From contig JASANG010000273.1 in assembly GCA_030248215.1 (NCBI GenBank), positions 738,985 through 758,984 on the forward strand: a DNA stretch of 20,000 nt. The letters are read 5' to 3'. The notes below the pieces were generated by a model. The model was given only the letters and a program-made list of their open reading frames with translations, was not told the DNA's origin and did not search any database. This document shows positions 1 through 10,519 of the stretch, piece by piece (the stretch's first letter is position 1; the number at the start of each line of letters is the position of its first letter). Source of the stretch: Enoplolaimus lenunculus (taxonomy: Eukaryota). A program made the translations under genes and the position numbers.

Positions 1-331
1 CAAACAATGCTATAAGCTTTTGAACTACACTTTAAACAGCACTAGCTAAGTAATTTTCGTTGGTTTTTGGGAGCAAATCTGCCTTGACTCTTTAACATGG
101 CTTTATAAAATGTAAGAGCCACATCAGACTTGAGCGTCATATCCCTATGGCTAAGTGGTGCTGGTAAATAGCTACCAACCTAACGGAACGTGCTCGATTC
201 AGAATTTGAAAAATAAGTTTACTCCAGTCTCCAAAGTCCGCATTATTATAGCTTGAAATTAGATCTCAAATGAAATAGAAGAAATTTTCATTAGTTAAAA
301 GTTAAACACTATATACATTAATGTATTTAAG

Positions 332-3300
332 ATTCGATGCAACTCCAATACCAGAAATTATAACAACAATATTAACGTCGTCAACGACAACATCTGAACC
401 AATAACAGTACCAACATCAACAACTTCAGCAAAAATAACTACGTTCAATACTGAAATTACAGCTTCGACAACGTAATTTTAATTCTTTTTTATTTATTTT
501 TATTTTTAATTTTTCGTAACCAAATTACTTTTGAAATTAAAAAATATTTCGAACCATGTTTGCTTAAACTCTGCGCCACTGATGTTACTTGCGCTCGGGG
601 CACAGGCGATAGCTTTGACTAAGCTCAGGCTTAGTTGTAGCAAGAGTGGATAATGGATGCTATTAACATATACGTAGAAAAGCATGTACCCAGCCCGTGT
701 TGCTTTTTTTTTGGCCTTAACTCGTTTTGATCGATTGGCTGCATATTACATTCTATACGTACGCATAATGATCACGAGTTACTTCGTTTATCGTTCTAGA
801 AAGTTAAATATTGTGAGCAAGACTGTTGAACAACCCCCCTCAATCAGAGGGTCGCCAAAAACACAACATACGGTTACATTTTTACCATTCAAACCGCGTT
901 AGTCGCATACTTTGTTCATCGTTCTGTATCCGATACTGCTGATAAACTTTAGACTGGCGAATTTAGTGTTGGAAATTACGGATGGTTACTGTAGATGTGC
1001 ATACATAATGATGCGTTTTAGAGCATGTACCATCTGTTTCTAAAGGAATTTCTAGATTCATAATACTGTAGTGACCCGAATAAGAGGGGGTAATTAGAGG
1101 GGATCGCCATTTTGGGTCCCCATCAATAGGTGTGCGCATCCCTGATAAAAGTCTGTAAGCGGATACAGTCCCTTAACTCTAACTAGGGTCCGTAAATGTC
1201 AATTAATTGTAGAAGTAGAGTTCGAAGCTTTAAACCGTACATAAGTTTTGAAACTACATTCCTAAGTGTAACTTTGCATTACCTCTCAAGTTATTGACAC
1301 AAGACAAATAAACGTTTAATTGAACGGACAGTTGCAGTACCGGACGTATATCAGTAACGAAGGGTGGCGAAGCGGGGGTTAAAAATAAATAATAGACCGT
1401 AATCGAATAACAGTGCTGGGTACCCTCTGGAGAGGTCAAATGAATATCAGTCGCCCTCTTATTCGGGTCATTATACATAAGGAATATAACACTTTATATG
1501 CTATTATAACTTTTGATATTTGTTTAAAGCTCAAGAGGCTCAAATGCCAGTTAGCACTATGAAGACATCTACAATGCAAAAAAATAGTGGTCAAATTCAC
1601 TAAGCCTTATCCGCACTACAAAACCTGAGTCATATTCGACTCCGCCAGAGTCAAATTCGACTCACCTGAGTCGAATTTGACTATGGCATAGTCGAATATG
1701 ACTCAGTTTGTGCAATCCCGAAAAGCCTACTTCGGAGCGAGTCAATTGGACTCACCATTTTTTGCAGTGTATACAAAAATTAAGAAAATTTAACATCAAT
1801 GAATTATATATAACCGTAAATATGCGAATTTTACGTCTTCTATCTTTAGAGTCGAATTTGACTATGGCATAGTCGAATATGACTCAGTTTGTGCAATCCC
1901 AAAAAGCCTACTTCGGAGCGAGTCAATTGGACTCACCATTTTTTGCTGTGTATACAAAAATTAAGAAAATTTAACATCAGTGAATTATATATAACCGTAA
2001 ATATGCGAATTTTACGTCTTCTATCTTTAAACTATCATGCGGTAGTTCTCATACTTCTGTTGTGTGGTAATGCCACCGTTTCAAAGGAATTCCGATTCCG
2101 GCAAACATAGCAAAATTTATGTTCCGATTCCGACCAAGTGAAATTTTTATATCGGAAATTCGAATTTTTGGTTTTGTGTCAACATTCTTAACATTTTGAG
2201 TTGAAGAGTTGATGAACAATACATAAGCAAAAACCTTTCTGTGTTTCGTACTTGAATGCAATAAAACCTGGTCCTGCATCGTTTAGGACATATGCTTGCG
2301 TTTGAAATTTTTTGCTACAAACAAAAAAATTCAATGTTTTCAAAAATTTTCCCCCAAATAATAAAATGAGTATCAAAACTTACATTGCAATTCCGATTGT
2401 GCCAAAATGTCAATTCCGACTCCAATTCCTCCTAAATGTTATTCCGATTGAAACCCTGGGTAATATCATTATTGCTATGCCGTACATGAACCCTGGCTCG
2501 CATCCGTGCAAATTTTTCGCTAGAATAGTTGTAAATTTAATACCCGTTTCTATGTTGTTTTGTTTTAGTGCAGCGGAAACAACTGCGTAAGTTGACAATA
2601 AACGTTGTTATGATTAGGTTTATTTTGATTTCAAAGCAACGGTTGGGATGAAACTACCGTTTCGAATAATACAAGGCGTTAAAATAAAAATCAATTGCTG
2701 ACAAAGTTTGAATATTTAATTGTGTATAACATTCAGTTGAAACGAAAACAAATTGAACCGGTAACACAATCTTTAACCCTCTGGGGCATATTTAAAATGT
2801 ACATGTATTGAATACAATAGTCGCAATATTTCCCAATTATTATGCAACTTCCACAATATCATGCGTACACTAGGTGACCTTTGAGGGGGAATTAAGTGTG
2901 ATGAACACTAAAACCAAAAAAGCTTCAGTTCGCTCACCTACCTGGTGTGCGCATGATATTGTGAAAGTTGCATTACACGTATGCGTGTAGCAAAATTCTT
3001 CATTTTTGTTTTGTTTCTATGTTGTAGCGCGGACGTTCAAGACGATATCGAAACGAGTTTTTGTGATTTGATTTCGTTGGATGCCAATGAAAACAATGTG
3101 ACAACGGATAAAATGCTGTCGACGCAAGAAGTCAATCATGTGACGATTCATGAAACTACACGTGTTGCAGTTGCGGTTCAAAAAATTAACTCCACTGGGA
3201 CGGCCAATGAAATCGTTGGTTCTCAATATATTCTAAACGAGCAAATAGAATTCCAAAAACGTGTTAACGAAAGGCTGTACGCTTCCGCGTAAGTGGTGAT

Positions 3301-6300
3301 TTTGATGTATTCCGCCACAGAATGAGACGGGAGCAGATATAAGCTTGAAGAATTAGGTTAAATATTTTGCTTTGCGAAATTTTTAGAGACAAGAAAAAGC
3401 ACATTTTACAAGAAAATCAGGTAGGTTTAACTGAATATCTGCAAAAACCTTTGAACAGTCTAATAACCAAGAAGCGAATAAAGCTAAAATTTAATAAGAT
3501 GTATTTTCCAACGGCCAATGCATAGAACAGATGCAAAAAACAATAGTATAAGCATATTCCTAAGCCTAAGCCTAAGGAAAAAATTAGTCTAAACCTTAAG
3601 CTTACTCTATACCAGACCCATAGAAAAACATTCCGCCCCTGATATTTACGCGAACCGATGCATCCCACAATAACAATACCAAGCAAGTAGTACTTACAAC
3701 AAAACATTATTGAACCATCTAAATCGTGTCTGCACCATCCTGAGTTTAGAGCACAAGTTTAGCGTACACTTAATATATCTTGCGTGCTTACGATATTCAC
3801 TACAGAGAAAGGATAACAAATAACGGAACGTTAATGGTTTTGCTGGCATCGTGCGCGTCTAAGGAAACTCTGGTAGCTGCGAAAAAGCGAAAATTAACCA
3901 AAGAGAAAAAAGCAGAATTGAAAGCTGTCAAAGATTTGGCCAAACAATTCATGAAAGAATTCAAAGCGTCTGGATTGTCACTGGAGACGTTTGGTGGAGC
4001 TAAAAAACGCCGCAAGCGGCAATCTGGTACCGGCCGAACGTAAGTTTGGAGCAGTATTTAATATTTGAGCATTCGAGTAATGAAAAATTAAACACGAGAT
4101 TATACAAGCAATTATGATCATTCAAATAACGAAATTTCCGGTATCTGTATAACGGAAACGGGGTTATATAGATTTTCACTGAAAACAGAAGCGAATACCC
4201 GGTTGTTACATCCTGAAAGTTAGTAATAGGTAATGAAACAAACGAACTGAGAATGGGGCGGACCTAAAATGTCACAAAGAAGGATTAGTAGAGTAAAATA
4301 AATGTAGTAAATTTCGAGGCTCACCACTAATTGATTCAAAAGTCCCCATCATTTGCGATCACTAGCCCACACAGTTGTAGATCAAGTCTTTGGTGAGTCC
4401 AAGGATTATGTCAAGATTTGTTAAAAAGGACGAAACTATTAATCATAAAATTCATGTTTTTTGTTTCACCACACTAGGCCTGTACTGATTTGGCCATGTG
4501 TTTTTTCGGACGTGCCTTGTATGCCTTCTGTACAGATTAATTTCATAAAATTTAAAGTCTAGTGTCTAAAATGATACATACATTTTGCGTCTTCAGAAAA
4601 AATGTATTTATACCGTTAAAATGACGTTTTTACAATCTTATAAAGCGCTTACTTTCAATATCTAATTAGCTACGCTAGCAATTCATTCCAGAATTTTCCA
4701 TATGCAAAAAAAATTGTTTGAAAGATGCTCATTGTACACGAGAAAAAGCGTCTAAAATAACGTTTTATTTTTGACACAATTCGCCAACATTTTTTTAAAA
4801 TCTTTAGATACTCAAATGACGAAGCGTGTCGCTCAATCGCGACCGACAGCTTTTTACAATCAAACGCCACTGTCGAATTGGTTAAATCTCAGCCTGAATT
4901 ATTCAAACAAGCTGCAGCATTCACCATTGACACTGCAGAACACGTTCCTTCTATGACGACCGACGTTCGAAGCGATTATGAGTCAAAACTTAACTTCATT
5001 CAAATTGGATTGGCATCACTTGCTGAGTAAGTTTTCGACTTATTCTTCCTATTCGTATGTGTCTGCGTAACCCCAGAATTTATTTCGCTTCTCTTTAAGG
5101 GACCCCCTCGCTGTCCGGTTCCAGACTATTATTTATTTTTCAATTCAGCAATTGTTATTTAGACATCATTCCATTAAAGTATGCCATCTATTTTTTTGTA
5201 GTTTATGTTCAGTTCTAAACGAATGTACGTTTAAGACTTGAGTTTGCAGTTATAAATATAGGTAACCTTGGTATGTTGAGTAACGAATCATATTCTGTAC
5301 TGAAATTAGCTTGGTTCAGAAAGCATCTACGCAATACCATTACTGTAACTGGCGTTTATGGACTAAGTAGTTTTGGACGCTATCCATTTTACGGACTCCA
5401 ATTAAATAGACTCCGATTGATGCACACTAAAACTTCGCGGACTGTAAACATTACCTCCCTCTTCTTATTCTGCTATATCCAGTATTCTCAAATGTGTGTA
5501 CAGTACAGCGCCTGTCACCAATTAGCGATAAGTTTTCAAACAGACGAACCGCTGCAATTAGGTAGGACAAATCGAACGCAAAAAATGTGCTGAATTTTAA
5601 ACTTCATCAATCATATGGTTCGAAACTAACAAAACCTATCATTAATTGATTATTGGTGCTACCCACATTTAAGAATATCGACCCAGCGCATAGGCCCTCA
5701 ATAGAATACGGAATTTGAAATATCCAGAGACCTTTAAGTACCAGTGTTTTTGCTGCAATTGTGAGCTATTCGAAAAACCTCAGCAGCGTTTTATAGGTTG
5801 ATGCTTGCACTTATCTTTACGCCGAGACGTCAGCTTCGGCTTAGGATTACGAAGAATGTTTAAATAATGATGCTGCGCCTGTAAAATGGAACGTTGGTTG
5901 CATTTCTGATCAAATTGTACAAATTACTCTAGACGACGAGCGTGTGCAATCGTCCAATTTTGGGTAGGGGTGTCAGCTACAACAGCCATGTTTCTGTTAT
6001 GCTTAAAAACAACGTATGCGACAACAATTTTTATTAAAGTATTTTTGTTTTAGATCGAGAATTAACGCTACCGAACCAACGTAAGTTTTATAGAATTGTC
6101 ACAATATGGTATTGTAGGTACATGACTTAAGACGAATTTTAATGAGCAACAAAGACTTACATGATTTGTAGAATGTTCGTTTAGGATTTGGCTAAGCTTA
6201 GCACTGCGTTGAAATTCAGCCCTAATCTTCAAGAACTATTCACACATGCGTGTTTTTTGCAGCGAGAACACGCAGCTGAAATTTGCAAGAGTGACTGGTT

Positions 6301-7474
6301 CTTAATTGCGGTATAATATTAGGGCTAAATTCCGCTGCTGCAATTTGCAAGAGTGACCTGTAGCTGAAAGTAATTAAAGGAATTTAACTTTTATTCTGAA
6401 TCTTGACATAAAGTTATATGAATAATTTACAGACGATTGCGATAAATATCAATCATAATCTATATTTTAGTACAGCCAATGTTACAAATTAATTCGACTT
6501 GCAAGGCTATATATGAATTAATTCTTTGCGTATATTCATCATAGATAAATTGCAGCTGCACGTTCTCCGGATGAATTTTCGAAAACAATGGGCGTTACTC
6601 GAAACTTCATGCTATTAAATTTAATTCACACATGTAAATAAAGTTGCAAGTCTGTGGAATTTATTGAAACTGTAATTGTTTGGTCAATTGGAAACCAGGT
6701 TATTAAGCGTTTAACCAGTTAGTTAAGCGTTTTAATTCAAACTTTTCAATATAGGCAAGAAGCGTGAATTAATTCAAATATATATCCAATTTGTCTGATA
6801 TTTGGCAGTGACGGCAATACCGAGTGGACTAGTTTTGCATCTACCTAGCACTGATGAGAAACAGTTTGTTTTGAAATTATTTTCAACTCAAGAAATTTTG
6901 TGTAACTCCCATTTTTTGAAAAGTGATTCCGAGTACTTGCAGCTGCTATTTATTCATGATAAACATAGGCAAAAAATCCAATTCATTATAATAAGTAGAA
7001 ATAGAATTGCATTGCGCAAGAGTAATTTTTTGCTTAGGCCTAGGCTTAATAGGCATAGGATTACGCTTAGAAATTTGCTTATACTAGTGTTACATCCCTA
7101 TTGTATAGATTAGCCGTAAGGTTCACGGCTTCAGCTTAGGTTCAGGTTTGTGATTTGATAAGAAGCGTTTACTTTTTGAAAACGTTTTATTTTTGTCACG
7201 ATTCGTTAACTTTGTAGGGCGAAATATACATTTGCGAAAATTGACCTTAAATTTTAGAAATGTACCGAATGCTGCGTCAGCTCGTGCAATGTATGGCATT
7301 GTTGATTCCTATCCGGCAGTGTTACAATACATTATGCGCAAAATCAACAAATTCCTATCAGGGCCACAAAAGCGAGAACTTAGAGCCATTTACAAAGAAA
7401 AAGTGAAACCAGAACGGAAAACTGACACAAAAATCAAACGCGAAGAAAAGAAACTACAAAACGCCAAACGCTAA
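332..7474 (+). CDS. Second copy of the same secreted-protein gene (exons 2-8; exon 1 expected upstream of the window)
   Basis: Exons: 332-472, 2569-2586, 3028-3288, 3806-4039, 4808-5026, 6054-6080, 7258-7474 (TAA). Donors are GTAAGT/GTAATT and acceptors are pyrimidine-rich ..AG. The only coding difference I found from the minus copy is synonymous (GTG/GTA Val at 3142). Confidence 0.87.
1066..1477. mobile_element. Non-autonomous DNA transposon (MITE), Tc1/mariner (Tc2/pogo-like) type
   Basis: Terminal inverted repeats share TGACCCGAATAAGAGGG (1072-1088 / 1454-1470). The element is flanked by TA, has no coding capacity and is intronic. Confidence 0.72.
1570..1771. mobile_element. Palindromic MITE with TACA(C/A)TGCAAAAAA termini
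   Basis: Ends are tacaatgcaaaaaaatagtggtcaaatt / aattggactcaccattttttgcagtgta. It has a near-perfect internal hairpin at 1625-1706 built from GAGTCAWATTCGACT units. Confidence 0.75.
1668..2029 (+). repeat. 181-bp tandem duplication (right half of the MITE plus flank)
   Basis: 1668-1848 and 1849-2029 both run gagtcgaatttgactatggc...cttctatcttta, with few mismatches. Mirrored at 16351-16712. Confidence 0.93.
2074..2458. mobile_element. hAT-like MITE with ATTCCG subterminal repeats
   Basis: Imperfect TIRs caccgtttcaaaggaat / (rc) cagggtttcaatcggaat. Candidate 8-bp TSD ggtaatgc (2066-2073) / ggtaatat (2459-2466). Repeated attccg near both ends. Confidence 0.68.
6471..6675. mobile_element. Possible decayed MITE (imperfect inverted repeat)
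   Basis: tacag...gacttgcaa...tgaattaa on the left mirrors ttaattca...ttgcaagtc...ctgta on the right. Mirrored at ~11703-11907. Confidence 0.35.
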
Positions 7475-7520
7475 AAACACCACTGCGGTTGGCTGCACGT
7501 TCGCCTCGTTCTGTAAGAAG

Positions 7521-7526
7521 AATAAA
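7521..7526 (+). terminator. Polyadenylation signal AATAAA of the + strand gene copy
   Basis: First AATAAA after the TAA stop, about 47 nt downstream. Confidence 0.6.
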
Positions 7527-7858
7527 AACATATTAGCAATGGACCTGGCAAATAACAAATGAGTATAAGTCTTTTTTGGAAAAAATGCCCAATTAGCCAA
7601 AAATAGGTAACATTAAGTTTAGAACCGAAACTCACAGTAGTAACAACTTATTTTAAGTAAATAATAAGTGAGTGTAAATGCGAATTTTTTCGCAAAATTT
7701 CTAAATTTGATAAAAAATATTTTCTTCATTTTAAACCTAAGCTTATAAAATTGTGGTATGCAGCGTTAAGAATATGATTAAAAACAACTGAAATCTATAT
7801 ACTTGTAATACATTTTTAGATTTTATAATCAAAGTTTCATCGAATTGTACAGTGTTTA

Positions 7859-8050
7859 GGGTTGCGCTATACTTTTGTTGACGTCCGGCGTCGTGCGTCA
7901 CGCCTCCGGCGCCGTCCGTCACCGTACGTCACTGGGCGGTATAGTAAGTTATTTACACAATGATGCTGTATGGTGACGGATGGTGATGCCTGGTGACGGA
8001 CGCCGGTGAACGGTGACGGACAACTCCGCACGACAAGTATAGCACCACCT
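7859..8050. mobile_element. PIF/Harbinger (Tourist-like) MITE, GC-rich
   Basis: TIRs gggttgcgctatactt / (rc) aggtggtgctatactt match 13/16. TTA TSD at 7856-7858 and 8051-8053. Internal CGTCAC/GTGACG repeats. Confidence 0.78.
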
Positions 8051-8499
8051 TTATTTTGCACAATATTATATGCTCGTATGCTCTCTTCAAAGGTAAAATT
8101 TCAATCTTCCATTCTGATTTGCTGGTAAAGGTTTGGAAATGCACCCAACTTTAGTATCGAAAACAAAAAAGTTTTACCAAAATTTCCACACGAAGCATAT
8201 TGAGGTATATATTGGTGTAAGCTGACGCTTTTGCAATTGTTTTTTCATGAAAATTTTATTTATGTTTCAATAAGTGCATATTATTATGGCGTAAATCATG
8301 GTGACCCAAATAAACATGATTGCATTGATTTTAGTTTTTGTTTTATAACTGAGGCCAATGTTACTTTGCAGTGCGATAACAGTATAAGCAGATGCCTAAG
8401 CCTAAGCCGAAACTGTAAGTAAAACAATGTAAGGATAAGCCTATAACAAAGTTTGGCCCTAAGCCTAAAACTTAAACTTAAAGTAAAACAAACAGTACT

Positions 8500-8567
8500 C
8501 TGCGCCCAACAGGTATTAGAATCAAATTATTAACTGCGCCCAATAGGTATTAGAATCAAATTATTAA
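8500..8567 (+). repeat. 34-bp tandem duplication at the inner end of the left arm
   Basis: ctgcgcccaa(c/t)aggtattagaatcaaattattaa at 8500-8533 and 8534-8567. Only one copy is present in the right arm. Confidence 0.95.
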
Positions 8568-9846
8568 TTGATAGCCTAGCAAAACTTGAAACTTAGTCTA
8601 AACATGGGAAATAGATTTTACTCTAAATCCTAAAATCTATAGTAGCACCCGTAACCATTTCGTGCATACCGCATTATATTTTATGACAGACTGTGCAATT
8701 TGTGTATACCAAATAATACACAACCGGTATAATCGAATATTTAAAACCGGTATAATCAAAAATTTAAAACCGGTTTAATCGAATATTTAAAACCGGTTTA
8801 ATCGAATATTTAAAACCGGTATAATGAAAAATTTAAAACCGGTTTAATCGAATATTTAAAACCGGTATAATCAAAAATTTAAAACCGGTTTAACCGAATA
8901 TTTAAAACCGGTATAATCGAATATTTAAAACCGGTTTAATCGAATATTTAAAACCGGTATAATCAAAAATTTAAAACCGGTTTAATCGAATATTTAAAAC
9001 CGGTATAATCAAAAATTTAAAACCGGTTTAATCGAATATTTAAAACCGGTATAATCAAAAATTTAAAACCGGTTTAATCGAATATTTAAAACCGGTATAA
9101 TCAAAAATTTAAAACCGGTTTAATCGAATATTTAAAACCGGTATAATCGAATATTTAAAACCGGTTTAATCGAATATTTAAAACCGGTATAATCAAAAAT
9201 TTAAAACCGGTTTAATCGAATATTTAAAAAGACAAAGACGGAAACGGACAGTGATTAAAATAACCGAAACGGAAACGCGTAACCTTGATACACAAAGCAC
9301 ATCTCCACAAAACTTTAAAGCATTTCGACGTCGAGTATTTATCCTCACCTCCAACAAACAACCAAATCACAAACAAACAACAAAAAATAAAGAAATATAA
9401 AACTGCAAATAACATTTAGACCCAGAACTTAATTAAAAATAGAACGCTACACTATATACTTTCAAAAAACTAAGAATACGTAAATCGAAAACGAAATATA
9501 GAATACGTAAATAAAACTAAATTCGTATAAAATTCGAAAACCGAATGAATACGAAATGAAACGAATACGTTTTTTCGCCGGTTTTAATTTTATATACTAA
9601 TATAGATTAATTCACTTTGTTTAATATTGTAGGTATGTTATGGTTATATAGATCATGATTTTCATATACGTTTGAATTAACTAAACTTTCATTATTTCCA
9701 TTTTTATACCGTTAAATATTCGACACTTATATTGGTTCCTACTTGCAAGTTAAATGGTGCATTTCGTGCTAGCTAAGCTTATTATAAACATTCATTTATC
9801 TAAGCTTAAAGCTTCAGCTATAATAAAATATTCTAAACTATGAAAG
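8533..9846. other. Non-palindromic central spacer (1314 bp)
   Basis: Sequence between the inner arm ends. It contains a 34-bp duplication, the 23-bp array, an A-rich tract and then a T-rich tract. Confidence 0.93.
8722..9229. repeat. Tandem minisatellite, 22 x 23 bp, consensus AAAACCGGTWTAATCRAAWATTT
   Basis: CCGG cores are spaced exactly 23 bp apart from 8724 to 9207. There are three main variants, mostly alternating as a 46-bp dimer. Confidence 0.97.
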
Positions 9847-10327
9847 TAATAATTTGATTCTAATACCTGTTGGGCGCAGAGTACTGTTTGTTTTACTTTA
9901 AGTTTAAGTTTTAGGCTTAGGGCCAAACTTTGTTATAGGCTTATCCTTACATTGTTTTACTTACAGTTTGGCTTAGGCTTAGGCATCTGCTTATACTGTT
10001 ATCGCACTGCAAAGTAACATTGGCCTCAGTTATAAAACAAAAACTAAAATCAATGCAATCATGTTTATTTGGGTCACCATGATTTACGCCATAATAATAT
10101 GCACTTATTGAAACATAAATAAAATTTTCATGAAAAAACAATTGCAAAAGCGTCAGCTTACACCAATATATACCTCAATATGCTTCGTGTGGAAATTTTG
10201 GTAAAACTTTTTTGTTTTCGATACTAAAGTTGGGTGCATTTCCAAACCTTTACCAGCAAATCAGAATGGAAGATTGAAATTTTACCTTTGAAGAGAGCAT
10301 ACGAGCATATAATATTGTGCAAAATAA

Positions 10328-10519
10328 AGGTGGTGCTATACTTGTCGTGCGGAGTTGTCCGTCACCGTTCACCGGCGTCCGTCACCAGGCATCACCATCC
10401 GTCACCATACAGCATCATTGTGTAAATAACTTACTATACCGCCCAGTGACGTACGGTGACGGACGGCGCCGGAGGCGTGACGCACGACGCCGGACGTCAA
10501 CAAAAGTATAGCGCAACCC
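10328..10519. mobile_element. Mirror copy of the PIF/Harbinger-like MITE
   Basis: Reverse complement of 7859-8050, with TAA flanks. Confidence 0.78.

Larger units (their letters stand above)
1..8532. repeat. Left arm of giant inverted repeat (truncated by window start)
   Basis: Reverse complement of 9847-18385. Position 1 (caaacaatgctataag) pairs with 18385, and identity ends at ...gaatcaaattatta (8532/9847). The ORF track is mirror-symmetric. By-eye comparison found ~22 substitutions and 8 small indels. Confidence 0.98.

Noticed and set aside
2981..3027. MRVAKFFIFVLFLCCSA as the signal peptide of a stand-alone 103-aa protein
   Set aside because: The hydrophobic stretch is the translated polypyrimidine tract before the acceptor at 3027, and the ORF 'stop' is within a GTAAGT donor. 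An alternative start cannot be fully excluded.
5100..5160. Extra exon after ctctttaag at ~5099
   Set aside because: There is no convincing donor, the translation looks non-coding, and the gene model is already in frame without it.
8722..9229. CRISPR array
   Set aside because: The units are directly adjacent with no unique spacers, there are no cas genes, and the context is a spliced eukaryotic locus.
8394..9985. Telomere-telomere fusion at the palindrome centre (GCCTAA/TTAGGC runs near the inner arm ends)
   Set aside because: There are only 2-3 units, and the orientation (GCCTAA left, TTAGGC right) is opposite to an end-to-end fusion. Similar runs occur in introns (3559-3576, ~7032).
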